The translations under genes and the position numbers were made by a program. Of a stretch of 64,000 bases of DNA, positions 11,689 through 21,431 are shown piece after piece. The notes under the pieces were generated by a model. It had not been told where the DNA came from and searched no databases. It saw nothing but the letters and a program-made list of their open reading frames with translations. How positions within the stretch are numbered: the stretch's first letter is position 1; every line of letters begins with the position of its first letter. Origin of the DNA: Candidatus Fermentithermobacillaceae bacterium (lineage in GTDB: Bacteria; Bacillota; Sulfobacillia; Fermentithermobacillales; Fermentithermobacillaceae); assembly GCA_018052475.1 (NCBI GenBank), contig JAGPNG010000007.1, positions 2,588-66,587 on the forward strand, written 5' to 3'.

Positions 11689-13149
11689 TTACTCGTTGTT
11701 TCTTTGAGTCTTCGGTAGCGTGGCGAGCGCTTTATCTATCTCCGACTGAGGGTGCTTTACATTCGTTAGTTTCCCTTTGTGGTATTCATCATAGGCGCTC
11801 ATGTCAAAGTGCCCATGGCCGCTGAGTCCAAAGAGTATTGCCTTTTCCTCGCCTGTTTCTTTGCATTTAAGAGCCTCGTTTATTGCCACACGTATTGCAT
11901 GAGCTGATTCGGGAGCAGGGATGATGCCTTCGGACATTGCAAATAACTGAGCTGCTTCGAAAATCGCAAGCTGTTCTACCGCCCTTGCTTCTATCAGTCC
12001 ATTTTGCAAAAGTGCGCTGATTATTGGAGACATGCCGTGGTAGCGCAGACCTCCTGCGTGGATACCTGGCGGAACGAAATCATGGCCAAGGGTGTACATT
12101 TTCAGCGCAGGAACCATCCCTACGCTGTCTCCATAATCGTACGCGTATACTCCCCTTGTGAGTGTTGGGCAGGCTTCGGGCTCGACTGCGATTATTCTGG
12201 GAGATGAGGGACGCGGCGAATACGAATTCGAACATGCGTCATCAGTACCCTCTTTTTTGTGAGTAGTTGAAGACTTCATGCCTTTTAGCACGGGTTCCAG
12301 AAACGGAAAGGTGAGACCACCAAAATTACTCCCGCCGCCAGCGCAAGCGATGATTATGTCAGGAACATCTTCGGCTGCTTCCATCTGGGCCTTTGCTTCT
12401 AGACCTATTACTGTCTGATGCAAGAGAACGTGGTTTAAAACGCTTCCAAGCGAATACTTTGTTCCGGGACTTCTGACTGTGTCTTCTACTGCTTCGCTTA
12501 TTGCTATTCCGAGGCTACCGGGGCAATTGGGATCGACCGCCAAAGCCTTTCTTCCTGATTCTGTCTTATCGCTTGGGCTTGGAATAACATCGGCGCCAAA
12601 TACTTGCATCAGCGAACGCCTATATGGTTTTTGTTCGTAACTCCTTTTCACCATGTATACTATGCATTCCATGTCAAAGAACGAACACGCCATAGCTAAC
12701 GCTGAGCCCCATTGGCCTGCTCCTGTTTCTGTGCATAGTCTGCGTGTACCCTCTTGCTTGTTGTAATAAGCTTGTGCTACTGCTGTATTAGGCTTGTGAC
12801 TTCCTACAGGACTGGTCCCTTCATATTTGAAGTAAATCCTGGCAGGGGTATCCAGTGCCTTTTCGAGTCGCGTCGCCCGGTAAAGAGGAGTAGGCCTCCA
12901 CAGCCTATAGATGTCTAGGACCTCACCTGGGATGTCGATGGTTGGCTTTGTCGAGACTTCTTGTTCGATGACCGCCATGGGGAAGATAGCTGCCAAATCC
13001 TCGGGACCTGCTGGTTCCAAAGTATTTGGATTAAGAGGCGGCTCCAGTTGAAATGGTAGATCTGACAAGATGTTGTACCAACATGTAGACATATCCTTTT
13101 CATCCAAAACATACTTGACTCTCTTTTTACTTCCGACTTGCTTTTCCAT
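11689..13149 (-). CDS. trpB: Tryptophan synthase beta chain, TrpB2 type
   Basis: 486 aa [17 protein letters not shown] includes the PLP lysine, and GGGSNFGG is the TrpB glycine loop. The overall TrpB2 architecture carries an insertion of about 30 aa that is low in complexity ([26 protein letters not shown]). Confidence 0.8.
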   Translation of the reverse strand: MEKQVGSKKRVKYVLDEKDMSTCWYNILSDLPFQLEPPLNPNTLEPAGPEDLAAIFPMAVIEQEVSTKPTIDIPGEVLDIYRLWRPTPLYRATRLEKALDTPARIYFKYEGTSPVGSHKPNTAVAQAYYNKQEGTRRLCTETGAGQWGSALAMACSFFDMECIVYMVKRSYEQKPYRRSLMQVFGADVIPSPSDKTESGRKALAVDPNCPGSLGIAISEAVEDTVRSPGTKYSLGSVLNHVLLHQTVIGLEAKAQMEAAEDVPDIIIACAGGGSNFGGLTFPFLEPVLKGMKSSTTHKKEGTDDACSNSYSPRPSSPRIIAVEPEACPTLTRGVYAYDYGDSVGMVPALKMYTLGHDFVPPGIHAGGLRYHGMSPIISALLQNGLIEARAVEQLAIFEAAQLFAMSEGIIPAPESAHAIRVAINEALKCKETGEEKAILFGLSGHGHFDMSAYDEYHKGKLTNVKHPQSEIDKALATLPKTQRNNE

Positions 13150-13229
13150 TTGATTCTCTCCTTTCGTTCTACCCTCATGTTCGAATGCAACTAAATCGGT
13201 GGTCGGCTTCTAAATTGCTAGATATAATC

Positions 13230-13560
13230 AAAAAACCCGTCCTCTTCTCAGAGGACGGGTCATAGCCGTGGTGCCACCTCGATTGGATCTCTTCACGGGT
13301 CCGTCGGATGTCATGGACTTTAGGGTGCAAAGACACCCAAGACACCAGGCGGAGTTCAGGGATCCCTCTCGTCTGCAGATACGGGACTACACTTCGCGCA
13401 ATCATCTCTGAATGCAGTCCTTATATCCTTGCCCTTTTATCGGTGGGTTTCCGGCGGAACCTACTTGCTGCTACCCGTGTTTTCGCGTCCTTATAATGGC
13501 GACGGAATACTCTGGCGTTTTTCGTTCGGCACCGCTGCTCACGGGCCCATTCGGTCGCTC
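13230..13560 (-). ncRNA. T-box riboswitch leader (probably tRNA-Trp responsive) upstream of trpB2; the 5' boundary is approximate
   Basis: The minus strand carries a T-box sequence AATCGAGGTGGCACCACGG (about 13262-13286) that overlaps the 5' arm of a terminator hairpin CCCGTCCTC-tgagaa-GAGGACGGG followed by TTTTTT (13230-13259). This lies about 90 nt before the trpB2 start. The UGGC bulge would pair with a G73 discriminator, as in tRNA-Trp. A candidate specifier context GAAUGGG lies near 13546-13548. Confidence 0.6.
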
Positions 13561-13764
13561 CTTGCGGTGTCAGGCTTACACTGTCCCTGACTCGCTATAC
13601 CGACGGTGTTGCGCTTACTAGTCCCGATCATTGCGTTGGATTCAGTTATTTTGATGATGCTAGCATGTCATGTAGAGCGTTGTCAATATGTTTGGGGACG
13701 GTTTTGCGCTCATTCTGATTGGAAATATGTGCAAACCGTCCCCGTAATGCGTCGGGGCTTCGTT

Positions 13765-14364
13765 CTAGCCGAGGCCTAACCACTTAAGGAATATGAACTG
13801 GAAACGTCCTATTGCCGCCGATATACGGCCCATAACGGTGTTTCCAAAAGCTGCCCCAAAGGCAGCCATCATGAAGTAACGGCCGAGTTGTGAGGTGACT
13901 CCTGTGACTTTTCCTCTCTTAAAGGTCAGGAAGAAATAGCTTAGAGACAGGACCGTCCCAAGGAATACCACCCACGCGTCGAAAGAAGTCAAGTTTACCA
14001 TGGTTGCGGAGATCTGCTCGACGATCTGACTTTCTACGGCGCCTCTCATAGCAACGCCTGCTCCTGTTCCCATAAGGAAAGACAGCGGGATGCGGTTCAG
14101 CCATGCGACGCTCTCAAAGTAACGGGAGTAAAGAAGTAGGCCTAGGAGAATAGGCACTATGAGTAGATAGTTCCCACCAATCATAGGACTCCATGCCGAG
14201 TTCAAGAACGTATTCACACCCACAACAACTGCAATCCCTGCTGACGCTCCTACGAAGATGTGCTCGATCATAGTATAAAATGGGTTATCTTTGATAAGAA
14301 CTGAATAGATAGCAATAGCAGCTAACGCTCCTATCCACACTCCTATGTCAGTCGAGATCTTCAT
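13765..14364 (-). CDS. Integral membrane protein, unknown function (4th gene of the membrane operon)
   Basis: 199 aa ORF, hydrophobic throughout with glycine-rich helices. Its start overlaps the stop of the upstream gene. Confidence 0.55.
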   Translation of the reverse strand: MKISTDIGVWIGALAAIAIYSVLIKDNPFYTMIEHIFVGASAGIAVVVGVNTFLNSAWSPMIGGNYLLIVPILLGLLLYSRYFESVAWLNRIPLSFLMGTGAGVAMRGAVESQIVEQISATMVNLTSFDAWVVFLGTVLSLSYFFLTFKRGKVTGVTSQLGRYFMMAAFGAAFGNTVMGRISAAIGRFQFIFLKWLGLG

Positions 14365-15227
14365 TTGACCCCACCTCCAGCATTATATGACTTGGATTTG
14401 GGCTCTTTTCGTCCGCTTACGAACATGCCAATATTGCCTAGAAGTACAAAAACCACTATCAGAACGTGGGCGATGGACTGAGCGTCCATACCTACGGTTC
14501 CGGTGCCCTTTTTGCCTGTAAGTTTTTCGTACTCAGCGGCTGCTCTTAGCCCCGCGAGTATTCCTTTGCATTGCCCTGATTGGACATAGGTTTCATTGCT
14601 GGCAGCCAGGACTCCGGTAACCCCCATGATCAGTGGGGTTCCGTAAGCCATAACTGCCTGCCTTACCCACTCATGGGTTCCCGTTCCGCCGGTCGGCCCG
14701 TCGTTGAGCGTCATAGCCATCGCGAAATCCTTCATTGTGCTCACTTCTTGCATTATAGGCAGGGAATCAATGCTGGTGCCTCGCCAGTCCTTCGGAAAGA
14801 CCGATGCCGGATTTTGGGCGAAAGCAGCCAGCGTAGGTTCACCTCCGGCATAATAGCCTAAGTTGACGTAGTCAACGCCGTATTCATACCCGTATTCCTC
14901 CAGGATTGCCATGCATTCATCAGCAAAGGTAGGACCTGCGGGAAATGATGCTATAGCCACTACCTTGATTTTCTTTGAAGCCAACTGATGCATGATAGCC
15001 TGAGCTATTGGGTTAAGGTCTATCTCGTCTCCCGGTTCGTAGTCAAACCCTATGACGACTATAGAACCATCGGGAAGACTGCTTACAAAGTCATAGACTC
15101 TTTGGACCGGCTCAGTTACATCAATAGGCAATCCAATGGGGTGAATAGTAGGGATAGCGATAGCAAGGGCCATAAGAAGGTAGAACACGCGTTTATCTAG
15201 GTTCTGTAGCTTTTCAAATATGTCCAC
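14361..15227 (-). CDS. Membrane-anchored protein with a large extracytoplasmic domain, unknown function (3rd gene)
   Basis: 288 aa ORF with N- and C-terminal hydrophobic segments flanking a soluble domain of about 200 aa. No recognisable catalytic motif. Confidence 0.55.
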   Translation of the reverse strand: MDIFEKLQNLDKRVFYLLMALAIAIPTIHPIGLPIDVTEPVQRVYDFVSSLPDGSIVVIGFDYEPGDEIDLNPIAQAIMHQLASKKIKVVAIASFPAGPTFADECMAILEEYGYEYGVDYVNLGYYAGGEPTLAAFAQNPASVFPKDWRGTSIDSLPIMQEVSTMKDFAMAMTLNDGPTGGTGTHEWVRQAVMAYGTPLIMGVTGVLAASNETYVQSGQCKGILAGLRAAAEYEKLTGKKGTGTVGMDAQSIAHVLIVVFVLLGNIGMFVSGRKEPKSKSYNAGGGVK

Positions 15228-15239
15228 TTATTATCCCCC

Positions 15240-15863
15240 CTATTCTCCGCCGTAGGAACGGCGTTCTAGCCCTATAATGATCCTCAAAGACACAGCTATA
15301 AAACCTATGGCGCCTGCAATCATGACTCCACGCTGCCCACCTACGTTCAAAACTGACATGATCCAGTCGGTAGCGGGAACAGAAAAAGGTAGAATCTTGG
15401 CGCCCAAAGGAACCCTACCTAACATTACAATACAACCTGTTATGAGAAGGATGGCAGCTTCTGCGTTCTTGGCTCGGAAAGCTCTATAGGCCGCTGTTCC
15501 AATGTAGAACGCCAGCAACGAAAAGATCGCGCTGCCAGTAGGCACGTTTATATAGTCGAAAATGAACTTGTACGCGCTAGAGTCTTGTCCCAGAAACACC
15601 CCTGTGATTATTGTGATGGCAAATGTCACTAGGAGCGCTATGCTGTATATGCTCTTGCCCTTGTCTTTTCCTATGTTGTTAACATGAACTCTAATGATGT
15701 TAATGGCCCCAAGACCTAGGGCGAAAATCGCGATAACCGATTGCCACTTGAGAATATTTTGTGCGGTAGACTGCACGAAAGGTATGTTGAAGAAGTATGC
15801 TATTGCTACAGTTATTCCGCACACAAAGGCAATTATCGTCGGAAGCGTTTTCCTCATTAACAT
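15240..15863 (-). CDS. Integral membrane protein, unknown function (2nd gene)
   Basis: 207 aa polytopic hydrophobic ORF, 12 nt after the preceding gene. Confidence 0.55.
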   Translation of the reverse strand: MLMRKTLPTIIAFVCGITVAIAYFFNIPFVQSTAQNILKWQSVIAIFALGLGAINIIRVHVNNIGKDKGKSIYSIALLVTFAITIITGVFLGQDSSAYKFIFDYINVPTGSAIFSLLAFYIGTAAYRAFRAKNAEAAILLITGCIVMLGRVPLGAKILPFSVPATDWIMSVLNVGGQRGVMIAGAIGFIAVSLRIIIGLERRSYGGE

Positions 15864-15887
15864 GGACGCTCACCTCCTTGTGAGTGC

Positions 15888-16652
15888 TCATTTTGCCATC
15901 AGCGTTTTTATCCCCGTAGAGCCGAGAGTAACAGAAACTGCGCCGATTATCATCAATCCGATTGAGACTGCTTTTATAATATCTTCCGCACGAAGACTTC
16001 CAAGGTGGAGTTCGTTTTTGGCAAAATGCGCACTTGCTGCGAACATCTCGTCACCCAGGATAACGTAGTCACATGCTACGACAAAGAATGGGATTTGATA
16101 TGCGTTGGTGGTCCCGGCGATCTGAATTGCGCCGACAGTGTTACCGGCTTCAGCCAGAATAAGGGCTTCTGCCGCAAACTGACCGATCATTATGTTTGAT
16201 GCTACTTGCTCTCTTAGGAGCACGCCGATGACGCCACTTGCATAGGCCCACTGGTCGCTTGATATAAAGCGGCAATCCTCCGGCCTATATGCCTCAGGTT
16301 TTCCAGCCTCGAGGTAGCTTTGCCTCATGACTTGTTCCGTAACCGCGTATGTTTCCGGCTGTGAGACAGTTACTATCAGCCGGACGTCATATTGAGCAGA
16401 GAGCTTCGCAACATATCCCAAGACTTCCAGTCCTGCAAAGGTCGCGGCCACCAACCCGCCGAACCCCGGAGTGAAATGAACCGGTTTTCCCATTTCGGCT
16501 GCCCTACCTACGGCCTCTTCGATTGCATCAAAACCAGGAATTGGACGTACAGTCACCTTCATGCCTTTCTTCGCAAGATACATGTACACACACATCAATC
16601 CGGTCATGAAAAGGAGTGTCCAAAAATCGAATATCCTGTTTTCAACAAACAT
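15888..16652 (-). CDS. Membrane protein with central soluble domain, unknown function (1st gene)
   Basis: 254 aa ORF with an N-terminal transmembrane segment, a soluble region of about 170 aa and a C-terminal transmembrane segment. Same strand and tight spacing with the next three genes. Confidence 0.55.
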   Translation of the reverse strand: MFVENRIFDFWTLLFMTGLMCVYMYLAKKGMKVTVRPIPGFDAIEEAVGRAAEMGKPVHFTPGFGGLVAATFAGLEVLGYVAKLSAQYDVRLIVTVSQPETYAVTEQVMRQSYLEAGKPEAYRPEDCRFISSDQWAYASGVIGVLLREQVASNIMIGQFAAEALILAEAGNTVGAIQIAGTTNAYQIPFFVVACDYVILGDEMFAASAHFAKNELHLGSLRAEDIIKAVSIGLMIIGAVSVTLGSTGIKTLMAK

Positions 16653-16876
16653 TTTCGTTCACCTCCGTTCTTTTGCGTTCTTTGAACTTCGGGATTCATA
16701 TTCGACAGTATTAGACATAATCCTGCAAGAGATTGTAAGCGTAGGAGCTCACCACCAGGAGCCGTCTAGGCGATCAAATGACAGGGGATCTCATACGAAC
16801 CGGTCGAACTGTTCGAGTTGACCGGTTTTGTGAAGTGGATATAGACTTAGGTAGAGGCAGGTATCTTGCGAATTGA

Positions 16877-17656
16877 TTGGAGGTGAGTGAATTGGACAAT
16901 AGGGAACTTGCGGAGCAGTTGGAAAAGATTTTGCGACTGGACACTATGCCGGTAGCCATGAAATTTTACGAAGACAGAAAAGACTTGCCTAGGGAGCCGC
17001 TGAATTTCAAACTGAATCTGTGCCAATTGGTATCCATGGCGCGGTATCAGGGTAGGACCAATTCGGGTGTGCCAGATATGATGATATGTGCAATGGGAGC
17101 GGCGTGCACCGGATTGATCAAGACCCCTAGCGACATAGAGTCTGGGCAAGCGGCTGTAGGAGCGTATTGTAAGGATATTGAAGCTGGCAAAAAATTTATG
17201 GAAAACACGTTTAAATTGGGTGATTCGGGTAAGGTCTATGATGCGGTATTAGTCAGTCCTTTGGCAAATGCGAAATTTGAGCCCGATGTTGTGATTATTT
17301 ACTCAAACCCGGCACAAACAATGAGGTTGATTCATGGTTGCGTGTACGATAACGGCGAAAAAGTAAAAGCAGATACTGTAGCAGAAGCAGCGATGTGTTC
17401 GTGCACCGGATACGTTCTTGCTAAGAAAGAACCAATAGTTGGATTTCCTTGCGCAGGCGACAGGATTTTCGGTGGAACCCAGAATTGTGAACTAGTATTT
17501 GCTGCCCCTTATGAACTCGTAAGAGACAAACTTATCGAGAACCTTGAGATGACGGCCAAAGGCGGGTTTTCAGTTTATCCCGTGCCCCCCAATATGTTCT
17601 GGACACCGTCTATGCCACCTTCTTACACTATTACAGAAGAGAAACTCAAGGGGTAG
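16877..17656 (+). CDS. DUF169-family protein
   Basis: 259 aa ORF whose cysteine pattern and length are typical of the DUF169 family found in anaerobes and archaea. It is preceded by a GGAGGTGAG ribosome-binding site. Confidence 0.5.
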   Translation: MEVSELDNRELAEQLEKILRLDTMPVAMKFYEDRKDLPREPLNFKLNLCQLVSMARYQGRTNSGVPDMMICAMGAACTGLIKTPSDIESGQAAVGAYCKDIEAGKKFMENTFKLGDSGKVYDAVLVSPLANAKFEPDVVIIYSNPAQTMRLIHGCVYDNGEKVKADTVAEAAMCSCTGYVLAKKEPIVGFPCAGDRIFGGTQNCELVFAAPYELVRDKLIENLEMTAKGGFSVYPVPPNMFWTPSMPPSYTITEEKLKG

Positions 17657-17783
17657 AGTTCACTTAAAAAGCTGCATGGTTCCGCGGAGACGGTCTTCAT
17701 GCTTCTCCGCCACAAGGGACAATGAAGCATGATGACCGTTTCTGGGACTCGGCATTGGGCACTAGGAGAGGAGGGTTTCTTGC

Positions 17784-18653
17784 ATGGATGTGACAGGCTT
17801 AATCTCTAGTTTGTTTTGGATCATACTTATTGGGAGCACCTTGTTGGGGCCGTTTTTCACCCAAAGGCGGCTTGAAGCAATGAGATTGACTCTGATGGGA
17901 CGAATGCAGAAAAAACGAGGTTCCCGGGTGATTACTCTTATTCACAGGCAAGAAGCTCTGAGCCTTCTGGGGATTCCTCTGAGCAAGTATATAGACATCG
18001 AAGATTCCGAGCAAGTTCTCAGGGCAATACGTATGACTCCAGATGATGTTCCAATTGACCTTATAGTCCACACTCCCGGTGGCCTTGTCTTAGCTGCGGA
18101 ACAGATAGCGCTGGCACTGGTTAGGCATAAGGCAAAAGTTACCGTGTTCGTCCCTCACTACGCCATGTCCGGTGGCACTTTGCTTGCTCTTGCTGCGGAC
18201 GAAATAGTAATGGATGAAAACGCTGTTTTGGGTCCCGTTGATCCGCAGATAGGTTCTTACCCTGCCGCATCCATACTTAGCGTGATAGAGAGAAAGCCTA
18301 TCGAAAATGTAGATGACAACACCCTAATTTTGGCGGACATTGCCGAAAAGGCTATTTCACAAGTTAGAGAAACGGTGTTAGGTATATTGAGGAATAGTCT
18401 TGCCGAGCAAGAGGCAGAAGAAGTGGCTGATCTTTTCACCAAGGGATATTTCACCCATGATTATCCTTTGGGTGCAACTAAACTCCAGGCAATGGGTCTA
18501 AAGGTTTCGTTTGATATGCCGACCGAAGTGTATAAATTAATGGAGCTTTATCCGCAGGCATCGGCTAACAGGCCTTCGGTTGGATACGTTCCAATGCCAT
18601 ACAAAGCTGAGCCGGCGCGCGAGAAGTCAGGCCATAAGTCCATTCAAACCTAA
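17784..18653 (+). CDS. SDH-family (ClpP/S49-like) membrane-anchored serine protease
   Basis: An N-terminal transmembrane segment is followed by HTPGGLVLAAEQIALAL...HYAMSGGTLLALAADEIV, characteristic of the serine dehydrogenase proteinase / SppA-like fold. Confidence 0.6.
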   Translation: MDVTGLISSLFWIILIGSTLLGPFFTQRRLEAMRLTLMGRMQKKRGSRVITLIHRQEALSLLGIPLSKYIDIEDSEQVLRAIRMTPDDVPIDLIVHTPGGLVLAAEQIALALVRHKAKVTVFVPHYAMSGGTLLALAADEIVMDENAVLGPVDPQIGSYPAASILSVIERKPIENVDDNTLILADIAEKAISQVRETVLGILRNSLAEQEAEEVADLFTKGYFTHDYPLGATKLQAMGLKVSFDMPTEVYKLMELYPQASANRPSVGYVPMPYKAEPAREKSGHKSIQT

Positions 18654-18718
18654 AGGACAAAACACCCTAGGTAGCGATAAACGCGCTAAGGGCTAAAAAT
18701 CTGTCTGCATGCGATACC

Positions 18719-20977
18719 TTATGTCCTGCAAGGCCGCTCTAGGATCGCCATCGCGTAAGGGCGAAGCTTGACCGTACGGCTTACTGCGGTTCCGGTCAAG
18801 AGATCGGTGTAAACGTTATCGTCTAGAGGAACTACTTTTGGTGACGAATCGAAATTCGATACAAACACGTAATCTTTCTGTCCATCGGTTCTCAACTGTG
18901 CTGTTACACCGTACGGAAGATCGGTGTCAATGGCCCTTTCCAGATGTACACCTTCTTGGTATAGGTCTTGGATCAAGGCATTGTAAAAGTCTTGCAGAAA
19001 CTCTTTGTTATTTCTAAACGCTATGTAGTAGCATTCGCCTTTTCCCAAGTGATTTACGGTGACAGCGGGTCTTCCCGCATAAAAGTCGGATGTGTAAACT
19101 GCGATAGGTTTGGCAGTTTCACAGTGGATAAGGTCGCAAAACACACGCGCCTCGTAATTCTTCTCAATGGCGTTGCCTTCTTTTACCTGTTCCTCTTTGC
19201 CATTAAGCACAGCGTCCGGTCTTACATCGTGAAGGAAACTCACGTGATTTACGTCATCATCATAGAGACAGTCAATCTCTTCTGACCATATTCCTGTAAC
19301 TTTTCGAAGAGGCCCTGGAAATCCACCTAGGAAGCATAGATCGTTTTCATCGACCATTCCGCTTAAGTAGGTAGTCACGAATATGCCACCTTTTTGCACA
19401 AACTCCTCAATCCTGCTGCCTACTCCGGTTCTTACCATGTACAGCATGGGAGCAACCAATATGTCGTATTTCGAGAAGTCACAATCCATATTTACCACGT
19501 CCACAGGGATTCCGTTCTCCCAGAAGGTTCTGTAATGGCTTTGACAGGTTTCGAAGTAGTCTTTTCTGTCTCTCCTAGGCCCAATAGATGTACTTATTGC
19601 CCACGAGTTTTCCCAGTCATAGATGACGGCGACCTTAGGGCATACCGAAGTCCCGAGGACTGGCGTTAACTTGGAAAGAACATCTCCTACTTGTGTTACA
19701 TCCCGGAAAACCCTTGTGTTTTCGTGTCCGCAGTGGTCTACAACTGCCCCGTGGAGTTTTTCGTAACCACCTCTGCTTTTTCGCCATTGAAAGTACTGGA
19801 CTGTATCGGACCCATGAGCGATGGCTTGAAGCGATGATAAAACGTGCATCCCGGGTCTTCTGAGTTTTCCAACAGGCTGCCAATTGGTGGAGCTTGGGGA
19901 ACTCTCCATCATGGCAAATGGTCTTCCTTGCTTCAAGGACCGGTTTATGTCGTGGATAAAGGCGCGTCTACCGCCTTCAACTGGGTCAGGCCGTTCGCCA
20001 TGCCAATATGGGTAGTTGTCCCACGAGACAAAATCTACATGTGGGGCAAACTTCCAGTAATCTATTCCGTTTTCGATGTCAACGAAGTCATCAAAGTTGG
20101 TGGTAACAGGTATATCTGGAGTAATCTTTCGCAGGGGTTCTATCTCATGCTTGAAAAAGTCAATGGTTTGGTAGGTTGTGAATCGCTTCCAATCTAGGCT
20201 CAAGCCCATTATGGTGTGTTCACCGTGAGGAGCGGGAGACTCAATCTGGTTCCAATCGGTATACGAATGGCTCCAAAAAGACGTCCACCACGCTCTGTTG
20301 AGTTCGTCGAGGTCTTCGTGGTACTTTTCCTTGAGCCATCTGCGGAATTGGTCTTGACATAGTTCGCAGTGACACTGACCCCCATATTCATTTGAGACGT
20401 GCCACGCGATCAAGGCGGGGTGGTCTTTATACCGCTGTGCCAATTTGGCGTTTATGATCTGCACCTTTTCTCTGTATATAGGGGAGGTAAGGCAATGATT
20501 GTGTCGCCCTCCATGAAGATTTCGTACCCTGTTTTCCCTTACTCGAAGAACTTCTGGGTACTTCTGAGATAACCATGCAGGTCTTGCGGCGCTGGGTGTA
20601 GCAAGCATCACAGATATGCCATTTTCGTACATCTCATCCATAGTCCTATCTAGCCACGAAAAATCGAACTTGCCTTCTTCCTTTTCTATAGATGACCAGG
20701 CGAAAATGCCTATGCTCATCACGTTGCATCTAGAGAGTTTCATAAGGCGATAGTCTTCTTCAAGTATCTCAGGCATGTGCAACCATTGGTCAGGATTGTA
20801 GTCGGCACCGTGTAGAAAAAAAGGCGTTTTGCGGCTAATTGGAGGGTATTTCAAGGCGGTTCTGCAATCTGTGTTTTCGCTAGATATGTCGGGTTTGGTA
20901 GAATGACCACCAAACTCGCGATTATGGCTAGTGTTTTGGTCTATCCAAAACTGCTTTGGATCATGAGGGTAATTCAT
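18719..20977 (-). CDS. Glycoside hydrolase family 42 beta-galactosidase
   Basis: 752 aa ORF with GADYNPDQW near the N-terminus, a conserved Cys cluster (CHCELCQ) in the TIM-barrel region and the GH42 trimerisation and C-terminal domains. Confidence 0.75.
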   Translation of the reverse strand: MNYPHDPKQFWIDQNTSHNREFGGHSTKPDISSENTDCRTALKYPPISRKTPFFLHGADYNPDQWLHMPEILEEDYRLMKLSRCNVMSIGIFAWSSIEKEEGKFDFSWLDRTMDEMYENGISVMLATPSAARPAWLSQKYPEVLRVRENRVRNLHGGRHNHCLTSPIYREKVQIINAKLAQRYKDHPALIAWHVSNEYGGQCHCELCQDQFRRWLKEKYHEDLDELNRAWWTSFWSHSYTDWNQIESPAPHGEHTIMGLSLDWKRFTTYQTIDFFKHEIEPLRKITPDIPVTTNFDDFVDIENGIDYWKFAPHVDFVSWDNYPYWHGERPDPVEGGRRAFIHDINRSLKQGRPFAMMESSPSSTNWQPVGKLRRPGMHVLSSLQAIAHGSDTVQYFQWRKSRGGYEKLHGAVVDHCGHENTRVFRDVTQVGDVLSKLTPVLGTSVCPKVAVIYDWENSWAISTSIGPRRDRKDYFETCQSHYRTFWENGIPVDVVNMDCDFSKYDILVAPMLYMVRTGVGSRIEEFVQKGGIFVTTYLSGMVDENDLCFLGGFPGPLRKVTGIWSEEIDCLYDDDVNHVSFLHDVRPDAVLNGKEEQVKEGNAIEKNYEARVFCDLIHCETAKPIAVYTSDFYAGRPAVTVNHLGKGECYYIAFRNNKEFLQDFYNALIQDLYQEGVHLERAIDTDLPYGVTAQLRTDGQKDYVFVSNFDSSPKVVPLDDNVYTDLLTGTAVSRTVKLRPYAMAILERPCRT

Positions 20978-21431
20978 CTTGCTATATCACCTTTCTGCAT
21001 GTCACTTTACGACAAGTTGTGTAAACCATACTCCGACTGCCAGAGAAAATCCTTTATTAGCAAATAGGTCCCAGTATGATGTTGAGTCCATATATACCAT
21101 GCGGATTGAATCTTCTGACGGTGCTTCTGGGATTTGAGAGAAACGAATCAGTGTATTCTTAAGTTGGAAGTATGAGGGCCGTCCCCGTGCTGATTTATTG
21201 ATGTAGGCATGACTGCGCACATGTGTTTCTGAAATTCTTTCCGGTGCTAACTCGTTACACAAGGATCTAAGTGTACCTTGTGATGATGGGTATCCTACAA
21301 ATATGGGCTTTAAACCCAATCACTTGTCTCATGATACGAAATTGGTTAAAATAATGTAGCGGTAGCCATTTAATAAAGTTTGGACATTTCGTCCTTCATC
21401 ACTTTTCCAACGCAAGGAGGTGCTATGGGGA

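Noticed and set aside
13175-13621. Small ORFs (76, 62 and 69 aa) in the trpB2 upstream region
   Set aside because: This region is better explained as a T-box leader RNA (T-box sequence plus terminator). The ORFs lack ribosome-binding sites and overlap the RNA structure.
21002-21319. A 105 aa ORF in the 440 bp divergent intergenic region between the GH42 and MATE genes
   Set aside because: There is no ribosome-binding site and no recognisable domain. The region is more likely promoter or operator DNA for the two flanking genes. A decayed regulator remnant cannot be excluded but cannot be supported.
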